Below are positions 39,051 through 48,690 of a stretch of DNA of 64,000 nt, in pieces. Both the position numbers and the translations under genes were made by a program. The stretch is from an uncultured beta proteobacterium (GTDB lineage Bacteria > Pseudomonadota > Gammaproteobacteria > Burkholderiales > Casimicrobiaceae). The stretch covers positions 153,465 to 217,464 of the forward strand of contig CAVQWT010000006.1 in NCBI GenBank assembly GCA_963717705.1, written 5' to 3'. A model generated the notes under the pieces. It did no database searches. It was not told the origin of the DNA and saw only the letters and a program-made list of their open reading frames with translations. The stretch's first letter is position 1. Each line of letters starts with the position of its first letter.

Positions 39051-40757
39051 TCACAGCTCCTCGGCCAGGATCATCTCGGTGAGCCCCTTGCCGCCGGGCA
39101 CCATCGGGAACACGTTCTCGGTCTGGTCGGTGATGAAGTCCATGAAGACCAGCCGGTCCTTGAGCGCGAAGGCCTCCTTCAGCGCGCCCTCGACGTCGCC
39201 CGGCTTCTCGATCTTCATCCCGACGTGGCCGTAGGCCTCGGCGAGCTTGACGAAGTCCGGCAGCGCGTCCATGTACGACGCCGCGTAGCGGTTGCCGTAG
39301 AAGAACTCCTGCCACTGGCGGACCATGCCCATGTACCGGTTGTTGAGGTTCACCAGCTTGATCGGCAGGTGGTACTGCTTGCAGGTCGAGAGCTCCTGGA
39401 TGCACATCTGGATCGACGCCTCGCCGGTGACGCAGGCGACCGTCGCGTCCGGGTTGACCAGCTGCACGCCCATCGCCGCGGGCAGCCCGAAGCCCATGGT
39501 GCCGAGGCCGCCGGAGTTGATCCAGCGGCGCGGCTTGTCGAACTTGTAGTACTGCGCCGCCCACATCTGGTGCTGGCCGACGTCGGAGGTGATGAAGGCG
39601 TCGCCCCTGGTCAGCTCGTAGAGCTTCTCGACGACGAACTGCGGCTTGATCAGCGCGCTCTTGCGGTCGTAGCGCAGGCAGTCGCCGCGCTGCCATTCCT
39701 TGATCTCCGCCCACCAGGCCTTCAGCGCCGCGGGATCGGGCCGCAGCGGCGATGACTCGATCAGCTTCAGCATCTCGTCGAGCACGTCGGCGACGTAACC
39801 GACGATCGGCACGTCGACCTTGACCCGCTTGGAAATCGACGACGGATCGATGTCGATGTGGATGATCTTGCGGTCGGCACGGAAGAAGTGCTGCGGATTG
39901 CCGATCACGCGGTCGTCGAAGCGCGCGCCGATGGCGATCAGCACGTCGCAGTGCTGCATCGCCATGTTCGACTCGACGGTGCCGTGCATGCCGAGCATGC
40001 CGGTGAACTGCGGGTCGGTGCCGGGGAACGCGCCCAGCCCCATCAGCGTGTTGGTGCACGGAAAGCCCAGCAGGCGGACGAGACGCGTCAGCTGCGGCGC
40101 GGCGTTGTTCAGGATCACGCCGCCGCCGGCGTAGACCATCGGCCGCTTCGCCTCGAGCAGCAGCTGGACCGCCTTCTTGATCTGCCCCGAGTGCCCCTTG
40201 GTGACCGGGTTGTACGAGCGCAACGTGACCGACTTCGGGTAGCTGAACTCGGTCTTCGCCTGGGTGACGTCCTTCGGGATGTCGACCAGCACCGGGCCCG
40301 GTCGGCCGGTGTTGGCGAGGTAGAACGCCTTCTTGATCGTGACCGCGAGGTCCTTGACGTCCTTCACCAGGAAGTTGTGCTTGACGCAGGGTCGCGTGAT
40401 GCCGACGGTGTCGCACTCCTGGAACGCGTCCTGGCCGATCGCGTGGGTCGGAACCTGGCCGGTGAGGACGACCATCGGGATCGAGTCCATGTACGCCGTC
40501 GCGATGCCGGTCACCGCATTGGTGACGCCGGGTCCTGAAGTGACCAGCGCGACGCCGACCTTCTGCGACGAGCGCGAGTAGCCGTCGGCGGCGTGGACGG
40601 CGCCCTGCTCGTGCCGGACCAGCACGTGCTTGACCTGGTCCTGCTTGAAGAATTCGTCGTAGATGTTGAGCACCGCGCCGCCCGGGTATCCGAAGACGTA
40701 GTCGACGCCTTCTTCCTGCAGGCAGCGGATGACGATTTCCGCACCGGAGAGTTGCAT
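39051..40757 (-). CDS. ilvI: acetolactate synthase large (catalytic) subunit
   Basis: 568 aa. ThDP enzyme motifs (GYPGGAVL, GGLGTMGFGLPAAMG). Confidence 0.95.
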   Translation of the reverse strand: MQLSGAEIVIRCLQEEGVDYVFGYPGGAVLNIYDEFFKQDQVKHVLVRHEQGAVHAADGYSRSSQKVGVALVTSGPGVTNAVTGIATAYMDSIPMVVLTGQVPTHAIGQDAFQECDTVGITRPCVKHNFLVKDVKDLAVTIKKAFYLANTGRPGPVLVDIPKDVTQAKTEFSYPKSVTLRSYNPVTKGHSGQIKKAVQLLLEAKRPMVYAGGGVILNNAAPQLTRLVRLLGFPCTNTLMGLGAFPGTDPQFTGMLGMHGTVESNMAMQHCDVLIAIGARFDDRVIGNPQHFFRADRKIIHIDIDPSSISKRVKVDVPIVGYVADVLDEMLKLIESSPLRPDPAALKAWWAEIKEWQRGDCLRYDRKSALIKPQFVVEKLYELTRGDAFITSDVGQHQMWAAQYYKFDKPRRWINSGGLGTMGFGLPAAMGVQLVNPDATVACVTGEASIQMCIQELSTCKQYHLPIKLVNLNNRYMGMVRQWQEFFYGNRYAASYMDALPDFVKLAEAYGHVGMKIEKPGDVEGALKEAFALKDRLVFMDFITDQTENVFPMVPGGKGLTEMILAEEL

Positions 40758-41116
40758 GAGTCAGCCTTTGTCGTGATGGCGCCCGGAGGGGCGCCGAAGC
40801 ATTCACATTGCCCCGGGCACGCGCACACCCGCCTTCGCGGCGGCGATGGACGCACGTCGGGGACTGCAAAACTGCTCGGCGCGCATGGGGGTGACGCGCC
40901 CGCCTTGGGCTACGATCGGGTTTGGCCGCGATCCTGAAGGGCAAACCGGCATGGGTTCCGAGGGAGGCTTCGCCGCGCTTGTGACGCCGCGAAGGGAACG
41001 CAAGCCGTTTTTGCAGCACAGCATCGCTTCCGCAGAAACGACCCCGTAACCTTACCGTCGGTCGCGGCGGCGGTCAACCCCGCTGCACCGCACAACCGGC
41101 TTCCTTTCGACTCGCC

Positions 41117-41122
41117 CTATAA
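41117..41122 (+). promoter_or_regulatory. candidate -10 element TATAAT upstream of the ECF sigma gene
   Basis: A perfect consensus hexamer in an intergenic region of GC-rich DNA. Confidence 0.35.
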
Positions 41123-41217
41123 TCGCCGCCGAACGTCCATCGAGCCCCGTCCTGGCCTCCCCCACCGAAATTTCGGCATTTCTCGCCCTCGTCGAGCGTC
41201 GCGCCTTCAAGCAGGCG

Positions 41218-41721
41218 ATGTTCGCGGTCCGCGACGAGGACAACGCGCTCGACATCGTCCAGGACGCGATGCTGAAGCTCGCCGAGAACTATGCGGGAAA
41301 GCCGGCGGCGGAGCTGCCGATGCTGTTCCAGCGGATCCTGCAGAACACGATCCACGACCATTTCCGCCGCCAGAAGGTGAGAAATGCGTGGACGACGCTG
41401 CTGTCGGCACTGGGGAAAGGTGACGAAAAGGACGACGATTTCGATCCGCTCGAAACTTTGCCGGCAAAAGCCGACTCCAACCAGCCGCCCGACCCGGCGG
41501 ATCGGGTCCAGCAGTCGCAAACTGTGGCCATCATCGAGCAGGCCCTCTCGCGGCTGCCGGCGCGTCAACGGGAGGCGTTCCTGCTGCGTTATTGGGAAGA
41601 GCTGGATGTTGCCGAAACCGCGCAGGCGATGGGCTGCTCGGAAGGCAGCGTGAAAACGCACTGTTCCAGGGCAGTGCATGCGCTGTCCGAGATGCTCAAG
41701 GCCAAGGGACTGACGTTATGA
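41218..41721 (+). CDS. ECF-type RNA polymerase sigma-70 family factor
   Basis: 167 aa from the first canonical ATG. Region 2 (DIVQDAMLKLAENY) and region 4 (LPARQREAFLLRYWEELDVAETAQAMGCSEGSVKTHCSRA). The in-frame upstream sequence (ASPTEISAFLALVERRAFKQA) also looks sigma-like, so the true start may be non-canonical near 41152. Confidence 0.85.
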   Translation: MFAVRDEDNALDIVQDAMLKLAENYAGKPAAELPMLFQRILQNTIHDHFRRQKVRNAWTTLLSALGKGDEKDDDFDPLETLPAKADSNQPPDPADRVQQSQTVAIIEQALSRLPARQREAFLLRYWEELDVAETAQAMGCSEGSVKTHCSRAVHALSEMLKAKGLTL

Positions 41722-42128
41722 CCACCGACAACGCAGAGTTCGCCCGCAAGATCGCCGCCCACCTCGATCAGGGCACGGCCGACCTCAAGGCCGGCACCGC
41801 GTATCGGCTGCAGCAGGCACGCGGCGCTGCGCTCGCGCGCCTGTCCGGGGCCGACGCCCCCGCCGCCGCGCCCGCGCTGGCCGGCGCCCGCACCCTGGCC
41901 GGGCTGCCCGGGCACGGGACGCGCGGCCGCAGCCTGTGGTCCAGCGGGCGCCTGTGGCTGGGCATCGCGCTGATCGCCGCCGCCAGCGTCGGCTACCAGC
42001 AGTGGCTCGCGTGGCAGCAGCTCGCCGACCTCGAGGAGACCGACGCGGCGCTGCTTTCATCGGATCTGCCGATCGACGCTTACCTGGATCGGGGATTCCA
42101 GAATTGGATCAAGACATCCGACAACTAG
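41718..42128 (+). CDS. DUF3619-like membrane protein (possible anti-sigma partner)
   Basis: The ATG overlaps the sigma stop (ATGA). 136 aa with one TM (LWLGIALIAAASVGY). Conserved partner of this sigma in Burkholderiales, as far as I recall. Confidence 0.7.
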   Translation: MTTDNAEFARKIAAHLDQGTADLKAGTAYRLQQARGAALARLSGADAPAAAPALAGARTLAGLPGHGTRGRSLWSSGRLWLGIALIAAASVGYQQWLAWQQLADLEETDAALLSSDLPIDAYLDRGFQNWIKTSDN

Positions 42129-42688
42129 CTTTTGCCTTCGCCCTCGTCCTCGCGCTGACCTGCCTCGCCTGCCCGGCGGGGCAGGCGCTCGCGCAGCCGG
42201 TGGCGTTGCGGTCCCCCGCGTGGTCCGAGCTCTCCCCGGCGGAGAAGCAGGTGCTCGCCCCGCTCGCGTCCGACTGGGACAAGCTCGACGCGCAGCGCAA
42301 GGCCAAGTGGCGCGGCATCGCCCAGCGCTATCCCAAGATGTCCCCCGACGAGCAGCAGCGGGTGCAGCAGCAGATGCGCCCCTGGGCCGAGCTGACCCCG
42401 GAGCAGCGCAGCCAGGCGCGCGAGCAGTTCAAGACGCTGAAACAGCTGCCGCCGGAGAAGAAGAACGAGGTCCGGCAGAAGTGGGACCAGTATCAGACCC
42501 TGCCGCCGGAAACGCGGCGCGAACTCGCGGCGAAACCGGTGCCGCCGGCCCCTGCCGCCGGCGCGGCAGCGCCGCGCAAGCCCGCGCCCGCGCTTCCGGC
42601 GCCGGCAGGCATGTCCCCGCCGCCCAGCCCGGCACCCATCCAGGCGCCCACCGCGGCGCCCTCTCCGGCGACCCCGCCGACGCGGTAA
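42104..42688 (+). CDS. DUF3106-like exported protein
   Basis: TTG at 42104 gives the signal peptide MDQDIRQLAFAFALVLALTCLACPAGQALA. Repeated W/R/Q-rich helices (KWRGIAQRY, EQRSQAREQF, RQKWDQY) and a Pro-rich tail. The start is uncertain. Confidence 0.65.
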   Translation: MDQDIRQLAFAFALVLALTCLACPAGQALAQPVALRSPAWSELSPAEKQVLAPLASDWDKLDAQRKAKWRGIAQRYPKMSPDEQQRVQQQMRPWAELTPEQRSQAREQFKTLKQLPPEKKNEVRQKWDQYQTLPPETRRELAAKPVPPAPAAGAAAPRKPAPALPAPAGMSPPPSPAPIQAPTAAPSPATPPTR

Positions 42689-42763
42689 GGGACGACTGAT
42701 GCGGGCGGCAGGCGACCACGCCCGCCGCCGCTCCGGTCTTCGTTACCCTTGCCCGTGGCCGCC

Positions 42764-43318
42764 ATGCCCCCTGCGCAGAGCCTTCCCGCGCCGCCTTCGG
42801 CCGGCGCGCCCGCCTCGCTGCGGCGACGCCTCGGGGCGCTCGTCTACGAATCGCTGCTGCTGACGGCGCTGGTGTTCGTCGCCAGCTTCGCGCTGTTGCC
42901 GCTGGTGTCGCCCGAGCCCGCCGCGGTGGCGCCGGCCGCGCGGACGCTGCAGCTGCCGCCGGTGCCCGCGCGGGCGTTCACGTTCGTCGCGCTGTTCTGC
43001 GTCGGCGCGCTCTACTTCGTGACGTCGTGGTCAGGGGGCCGCCGCACGCTGGCGATGAAGACCTGGCGCCTGCGGCTCGTCGGTCCCGACGGCAACCCGC
43101 CCGATCGCCGCCGCGCGCTGCTGCGCTATCTCGCCGCCTGGATCGGGCCGGCGGCGGCACTTGCCGCGTACCTGGCGCTGCGGCCCGCCGGACTGTCAGC
43201 GCACGCGGTGTGGCTGGTCGCCTTCAACTGGCTGTGGGCGTTCATCGATCGCGACCGCCGCTTCCTGCACGACCGCATCGCCGGCACCCACGTCATCCAC
43301 GACGCGGGCAAGACCTGA
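42764..43318 (+). CDS. RDD-family membrane protein
   Basis: 184 aa from ATG 42764 (alternative TTG at 42749). RRRLGALVYESLLL...GRRTLAMKTWRLRLV...DRIAGTHV matches the RDD domain pattern. Confidence 0.8.
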   Translation: MPPAQSLPAPPSAGAPASLRRRLGALVYESLLLTALVFVASFALLPLVSPEPAAVAPAARTLQLPPVPARAFTFVALFCVGALYFVTSWSGGRRTLAMKTWRLRLVGPDGNPPDRRRALLRYLAAWIGPAAALAAYLALRPAGLSAHAVWLVAFNWLWAFIDRDRRFLHDRIAGTHVIHDAGKT

Positions 43319-43363
43319 CTCCCGCGCCTGGCCGCGCGCGCCGGTTCGAGCGGCGGATGCCGG

Positions 43364-44200
43364 TCAGGCCGGTGCCGGCGGTCGTGGCCGGCCCAGCGCC
43401 ACGGCAACCGCGATGACGACCATGCCGGCAAGCGCCCACGCGTCGAGCGTCTCGCCGAACAGCGCCCACGCCATCAGTGCCGTCACCATCGGCACCAGGT
43501 AGAACAGCCGCGCCACGTCCGCGGCCGCGCCGTGGCGGAGCAGCCAGTAGAGCAGGCTGATGGCGCCGAGCGACAGCACCAGCACCGACCACCCTAGCGC
43601 GAAGACGAACGAACCGGTCCAGCGGACCGCCGGCGCGTCGATCCACGCCACCACCGGGGCGTAGAGCAGCGCGCATGCCGCGAACTGGATCACGGCGCCG
43701 GTGCGCAGGTCGAGATGGGCGCAATGCCGCTTCTGCCACAGCGTACCCACGCTGATGCCCGCCAGCGCGACGACCGCGGGCAGCAGCGCCGTGAGATTGG
43801 AGTCGAGCGCGATCCGGTGCCGCACGACCAGCCAGACGCCCGCCAGCCCCAGCACCAGTCCCAGCCATTGCCGCGGCGACACGCGCTCGCCGAGCCAGGC
43901 GCGCGCGATCAGCACCGTCAGCAGCGGCTGCAGGCCGACCAGCATGGCGATCGTCCCGGCGGGCATCCCGTCGGCGAGCGCGATGAAGACGCCGCCGAGG
44001 TAGAGACCATGCACCAGCCACCCGGCGAAGGCCGAATGCGCGACTTCGCGCCAGGATCGCGGCCGCGGCGCGCGCGTTGCCAGCGCGAACACGCCAACCA
44101 GTGCGGCGACGAGAACGAAGCGATCGAGGAGGAAGCGCAGCGGCGGCGCGTACGGCAGGCCGTATTTCGCGGCGATGAAGCCGGTGCTCCACAGCAGCAC
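43364..44200 (-). CDS. DMT-superfamily (EamA-like) transporter
   Basis: Polytopic and EamA-like. GTG at 44200 is the first canonical start, but the hydrophobic sequence continues upstream to the ppa stop (possible CTG at 44257). Confidence 0.8.
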   Translation of the reverse strand: MLLWSTGFIAAKYGLPYAPPLRFLLDRFVLVAALVGVFALATRAPRPRSWREVAHSAFAGWLVHGLYLGGVFIALADGMPAGTIAMLVGLQPLLTVLIARAWLGERVSPRQWLGLVLGLAGVWLVVRHRIALDSNLTALLPAVVALAGISVGTLWQKRHCAHLDLRTGAVIQFAACALLYAPVVAWIDAPAVRWTGSFVFALGWSVLVLSLGAISLLYWLLRHGAAADVARLFYLVPMVTALMAWALFGETLDAWALAGMVVIAVAVALGRPRPPAPA

Positions 44201-44253
44201 GAACAGCAGCGGAAGGAACGCGGCGCCCCGTGGCGGGACGGGGTCGGCCGGGC

Positions 44254-44937
44254 TCAGTGTCTGACCTTTGTCTTGCCGCCGGCCTTGGCCTTGCCGCCGT
44301 CGGCGGACTTGCGCTTGCCCTTGGCCTTGCCCTTGGCCTTGGCCTTCGACTCGACCTTGACCCTGGCGCCCGCCTTCGGCGCCGCGGCGGACTTCGGCGC
44401 CTCGCGCTGCGCACGCTGGAAGCGCGCGATGCTGTCGACGATCTCGCGCTTGGCTTCCTCGGCCTCGACCCAGATGCCGACGCGCACCCACTTGCCCGGC
44501 TCGAGGTCCTTGTAGTGCTCGAAGAAGTGGGCGATCTGCCGGGTCGTGATCTCGGGCAGGTCGCGCGGCGACTTCACGTGGTGGTAGAGGCTCGACAGCT
44601 TGTCGATCGGCACGGCGAGGATCTTGGCGTCGCCGCCCGCCTCGTCGTCGAGCTTCAGCATGCCGATCGGCCGGCAGCGGACGACGACGCCGGTGACCAG
44701 CGGCATCGGCGACAGCACCAGCACGTCGCAGGGATCTCCGTCGTCCGACAGCGTCTGCGGCACGTAGCCGTAGTTGCAAGGGTAGTGCATCGCCGTCGAC
44801 ATGAAGCGGTCGACGAAGACCGCGCCGGTCTCCTTGTCGACCTCGTACTTGATCGGGTCGGCGCGCATCGGGATCTCGATGACGACGTTGCAGTCGTTGG
44901 GCACTTCCTTGCCGGCGGGGACGCGGTCGAGGCTCAT
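44254..44937 (-). CDS. ppa: inorganic pyrophosphatase with Lys/Ala-rich C-terminal tail
   Basis: 227 aa. Family I PPase motifs ([27 protein letters not shown]) followed by about 50 extra residues ([30 protein letters not shown]). Confidence 0.93.
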   Translation of the reverse strand: MSLDRVPAGKEVPNDCNVVIEIPMRADPIKYEVDKETGAVFVDRFMSTAMHYPCNYGYVPQTLSDDGDPCDVLVLSPMPLVTGVVVRCRPIGMLKLDDEAGGDAKILAVPIDKLSSLYHHVKSPRDLPEITTRQIAHFFEHYKDLEPGKWVRVGIWVEAEEAKREIVDSIARFQRAQREAPKSAAAPKAGARVKVESKAKAKGKAKGKRKSADGGKAKAGGKTKVRH

Positions 44938-45099
44938 GGTGGAGGACGCTGTTCCGGGAGAGTGGACGGGGACATCGGCGAAGACCGCTGATTATACCGG
45001 CGGGCCGCGCCGGCGCCGCACGGCGTATGATCGACCGGCCATCCGGTCCGCGCCGTTCCCGGCGACCCGGTCGACCCTTTCCTCCTGCCCGCGCCTGCC

Positions 45100-45630
45100 A
45101 TGCTCTTCACCCTCGAAGGACGCCGCGTCGAACTGCGCGGCGCGAATCACTACATCGCGCCCACGGCGGTGCTCATCGGATCGGTGATCCTCGAGGATTC
45201 GTCGTCGGTGTGGTTCGGCGTCGTCGCCCGCGGCGACAACGAGCCCATCACCATCGGTCCGCGCAGCAACGTCCAGGACGGCACCGTGCTGCACACCGAC
45301 GTCGGGATTCCGCTGACCCTCGGCGCGGACGTCACCGTCGGCCACCAGGCGATGCTGCACGGCTGCACCGTGGGCGACGGCTCGCTGATCGGCATCAAGG
45401 CGGTCGTGCTGAACCGCGCCGTCATCGGCCGCGACTGCCTGATCGGCGCCAACGCCCTGGTCCCGGAGGGCAAGGTCATTCCGGACCGGTCGCTGGTGCT
45501 GGGCAGCCCGGGCAAGGTCGTCCGGACGCTCTCCGACGAGGACGTGGCCCGGCTGCGCGAAGGCGCTCGCAGCTACGTCGAGAACGCGCGCCGCTACCTG
45601 GCGACGTGTGCGCCCGACCCGCGCGGCTGA
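45100..45630 (+). CDS. gamma-carbonic-anhydrase-like / hexapeptide-repeat (LbH) protein
   Basis: 176 aa. YrdA/PaaY-like pattern ([23 protein letters not shown]...I.IG..SNVQDG.VLH). Confidence 0.88.
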   Translation: MLFTLEGRRVELRGANHYIAPTAVLIGSVILEDSSSVWFGVVARGDNEPITIGPRSNVQDGTVLHTDVGIPLTLGADVTVGHQAMLHGCTVGDGSLIGIKAVVLNRAVIGRDCLIGANALVPEGKVIPDRSLVLGSPGKVVRTLSDEDVARLREGARSYVENARRYLATCAPDPRG

Positions 45631-45770
45631 CCGGCGGCGCCGCTCCCGCCGGCACCAGCGCCGCACCCGGTCCCCGACCGGCCGCGCCGGACCGCGGGGA
45701 AACGCGCCGCTGAATCCGCCGGCACCCGCCGGCGCATCCAACTGACATTGCCGCCCGCCAAGGCCCGCCG

Positions 45771-46520
45771 ATGAAACGCTCGACGCTGCTGCTCCTGATC
45801 CTGGTCGCCACTGCCGCCGCGCTCGCCGCGGCCTGGGCGATGCTCAACCGCGGCGGCACGGGAACCGCGGTCACCAGCGAGGACCTGCCGGCGTTCTCGC
45901 GGGTCACCGTCGACGGGGCGGCCACCCTGGTGCTGGTGCAGGGACCCGCGGAGCACATCGCCGTCGAAGCCTCGCCGCGGTCCGCCCGCGTCCGCGCGCA
46001 GGTCGGCGACGATGGCACGCTGGTCATCACCACCGACGACCACCGACGCTGGTGGCGCTCGCTGGTGTCGGGCCCCGCACGGGCGCCGACGATCACGCTG
46101 ACCTTTCGCACGCTGCAATCGCTGCGCGGCAACGGCGCGGTGAAGATCGTCGCGGAGCGAATCGCCGTGCCACGACTGGGCATCGCGCTCAACGGCGCGG
46201 GCAGCGTGCGCATCGCCGCGATCGACACCGACGAACTGACGGTATCGGGCGCCGGCGCCATCAAGGCCGAGGTCGCCGGTCGCGCGGCCAGCCAGAAGAT
46301 CGCCATTGCCGGCGCGGGTGTCTACCGGGCGGCGGACCTGCGCAGCGACCACGCGACGGTCTCGGTCAGCGGCGCCGGCAAGGCGCTGATCAACGCGTCG
46401 AAGACGCTGGACGTCGACATTTCCGGCGCCGGCAGCGTCGAATACCTAGGCAATCCGAAGCTCACCGAGCAGGTGAGCGGGGCCGGCAAGATCCGCCGGC
46501 GCGACGCGACGGCAGCCTGA
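45771..46520 (+). CDS. DUF2807 / head-GIN-domain exported protein
   Basis: 249 aa. N-terminal signal or anchor, then repeated (S/N)GAG(S/K)... beta-helix units ending in SGAGSVEYLGNP. Confidence 0.75.
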   Translation: MKRSTLLLLILVATAAALAAAWAMLNRGGTGTAVTSEDLPAFSRVTVDGAATLVLVQGPAEHIAVEASPRSARVRAQVGDDGTLVITTDDHRRWWRSLVSGPARAPTITLTFRTLQSLRGNGAVKIVAERIAVPRLGIALNGAGSVRIAAIDTDELTVSGAGAIKAEVAGRAASQKIAIAGAGVYRAADLRSDHATVSVSGAGKALINASKTLDVDISGAGSVEYLGNPKLTEQVSGAGKIRRRDATAA

Positions 46521-46533
46521 CCGCCGCGCCCGG

Positions 46534-47700
46534 TCAGTGCAGCGCCTCGCCGCCCTCGGGCAGCGTATCGGGCTTGAACAGCAGCGGCAGCCCGGTGCCG
46601 TCAACCCGGTCGGCGTGGACGCCGGCGACGACCCGGACGTCGGTCACCCTGCAATCGGCCAGCAGCGCAGTCAGCATCGCCAGCACGTCGCCGACGCGGT
46701 CCACGGCATAGAGCGGGCAGCGAAAGCCTTCGGCGTCGCGGGTTTCGAACGGAGACGAAAGCGACAGCCGCAGTTCGCCGCCGCCAGGCGCATCGGCGGC
46801 CCGGTGCGCGCTGATCACCGCCGACGGCTCGCCGACCGACGCCCGCAGCTTGCGGATGGCGTTGCTGGCAAAGAGCTGCGCGGACACCTCGCGCTGGGCC
46901 GCACGACCCGCCTGCACCGCCGGCAGCAGCCGCGCCGGCGCACGCGCCAGCGCGAGCACCGACACCATCCCGCCGCCCAGCTGCCGCGACAGCGCCTGCG
47001 TGAACGGCAGGCCCCAGGCGCCCACGTTGGTGTCGGCAGTGAGGTCCGCGCCCGCGCGCGCGAGCGCGGTGCCGGGGATGAAGCGCAGATGCACCGCCTC
47101 GCGGCCGGCGGCATAGGCCAGCGGCGCGGGCGGCAGCGCGCGGGCGGGCAGCGGCGCGCCGGCGACCAGCGCGTCGGGCAGGCGCTGCCACGCCCGCAGC
47201 GCCGGCAGCGCCGCAAGGTCGATGGACGCCGTCGCCGTCAGCACGTTGGCCAGCGCGAACGCCCGGTTGCCGGCGAGCGCGCCGTGCGCGGCCAGGATCG
47301 CCGCCAGCGCCGGGGCGTCGTCCAGCACGCCGGCGAGGCTGCCGTCGCCCGTGGTCGCCTCGAGGCCGGTGACGGCGATCACCGGGAGTGCAAAGAGGTG
47401 CGCGGTCACGCCGCCGGCGCCCGCCTCGTCCTCGCGCCACGCGAGGTCGAGCTGCCGGACCAGGTGCCGGGCGACGGCCACCGTGGGCGCCCCGTCGACC
47501 AGCGCCGCCAGAGTCCTCCCGTCACCGTCGAGCGCGGCCCGCAGCCGCCGCCGCAGCGACGCGTCGGCGCACTCGGCCTCCTGCTGCGTCGGGGCGGCGA
47601 GCGACGCGCCGGCATCGCCGTAGACCGCGGCGGCGTCAGCCGGAGCGTGGTCGGGGGCGGGGAACAGCCGGGGGTCGGCAAGCAGGCTCGGCGCGTTCAT
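46534..47700 (-). CDS. hypothetical protein (388 aa, no recognisable family)
   Basis: ATG at 47700 (MNAPSLLADPRLFPAP...). GC3-rich codons, no TM segment. Same strand as, and 122 nt downstream of, the DsbD_2-like gene. Confidence 0.6.
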   Translation of the reverse strand: MNAPSLLADPRLFPAPDHAPADAAAVYGDAGASLAAPTQQEAECADASLRRRLRAALDGDGRTLAALVDGAPTVAVARHLVRQLDLAWREDEAGAGGVTAHLFALPVIAVTGLEATTGDGSLAGVLDDAPALAAILAAHGALAGNRAFALANVLTATASIDLAALPALRAWQRLPDALVAGAPLPARALPPAPLAYAAGREAVHLRFIPGTALARAGADLTADTNVGAWGLPFTQALSRQLGGGMVSVLALARAPARLLPAVQAGRAAQREVSAQLFASNAIRKLRASVGEPSAVISAHRAADAPGGGELRLSLSSPFETRDAEGFRCPLYAVDRVGDVLAMLTALLADCRVTDVRVVAGVHADRVDGTGLPLLFKPDTLPEGGEALH

Positions 47701-47822
47701 GACGCCGATTTTCGCACGCGCCGGCCCGGCGCCGGGGTGGGCACCGGGCCGCGCAGGGCGGGCGCCGGGGATCCGCTGCGGTCGTTGCCGAAGTGCGCCC
47801 GCCCGCGAGACGCTTCGGCCGG

Positions 47823-48548
47823 CTACGGCACGATGCAGAACGCACCCTGGCCCAGCGCCATGGCGCCGAACAGCGCCCGGTACAGTCCCGCCAGCGCGAA
47901 CGCCACCAGCAGTGCCGCCGCGCCGTAGCGGACCGCGCGGCGATCGAGCCACGACCGCAGCCGGCCCAGCAGCACGCCCGCCGCCAGCAGGTTGGGCAGC
48001 GTCCCCGCGCCGAACGCCGCCATCACCAGCGCACCCTGCGCCGGTCCGCCGGCGAACAGCGCCACCGGAATCACGCCGTAGACGAGTCCGCAGGGCACCA
48101 GCCCCCACAGCATTCCGGTCGCGAAACGCGCGGCGGGGGAATCGCGCGAGGCCAGGCGGCCCACCGCCGGCGCGATTCGTCCGAATGCGCGGACCGCCGC
48201 ACGCTGCAACGCCGTCCACGGGTCGAACCTGAACGCGATGGTCGCGGCCAGCAGCAGCAGGAACACGTTGGCGGCGACATAGAGGCCCCGGACCAGCGGC
48301 AGCCAGGCCGCGGCGCCCACCACCGCCGCACCGAGCCCGCCGGCGAGCGCACCGAGCAACGCGTACGTCGCGATGCGGCCGAGGTTGTACGGTAGCAGGC
48401 GCCACACCAGCCGCGAGGCCGGCAGCAGCGGCGCCGCCGGACGGGCGCCACCCGCCATCGCCGTCACGAAACCACCGCACATGGCGACGCAGTGCACGCC
48501 GCCCAGCAGGCCGGCGAGCGACGCGGCGATCAGGGCCGCCGCGGACAT
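47823..48548 (-). CDS. DsbD_2 / TauE-SafE-like membrane protein
   Basis: ATG at 48548, 241 aa. Motif LLGGVHCVAMCGG in TM1 and about 6 TM helices. A family I recall often linked to cco/fnr loci. Confidence 0.75.
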   Translation of the reverse strand: MSAAALIAASLAGLLGGVHCVAMCGGFVTAMAGGARPAAPLLPASRLVWRLLPYNLGRIATYALLGALAGGLGAAVVGAAAWLPLVRGLYVAANVFLLLLAATIAFRFDPWTALQRAAVRAFGRIAPAVGRLASRDSPAARFATGMLWGLVPCGLVYGVIPVALFAGGPAQGALVMAAFGAGTLPNLLAAGVLLGRLRSWLDRRAVRYGAAALLVAFALAGLYRALFGAMALGQGAFCIVP

Positions 48549-48690
48549 CGGTCGAGGACGCGGCTGCTTCGTGCGGCAACCGGTCGCAGGTGACGACGGG
48601 CGGGGGATTGGGTCAGGGTTCTTCGTTCCATCGGGGGGCGCCAATCCGGCAACGTGCAAGATGCGGCATTTCGCATTAGACTAGCAGGGC

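Noticed and set aside
40758-41060. Search for a Val/Ile/Leu-rich leader peptide or terminator in the long region upstream of ilvI. The region includes the hairpin GGCGCCC-cucc-GGGCGCC and a 73-codon ORF (40803..41024).
   Set aside because: The ORF has no run of branched-chain codons and the hairpin lacks a U-tract. I have no support for classical attenuation here.
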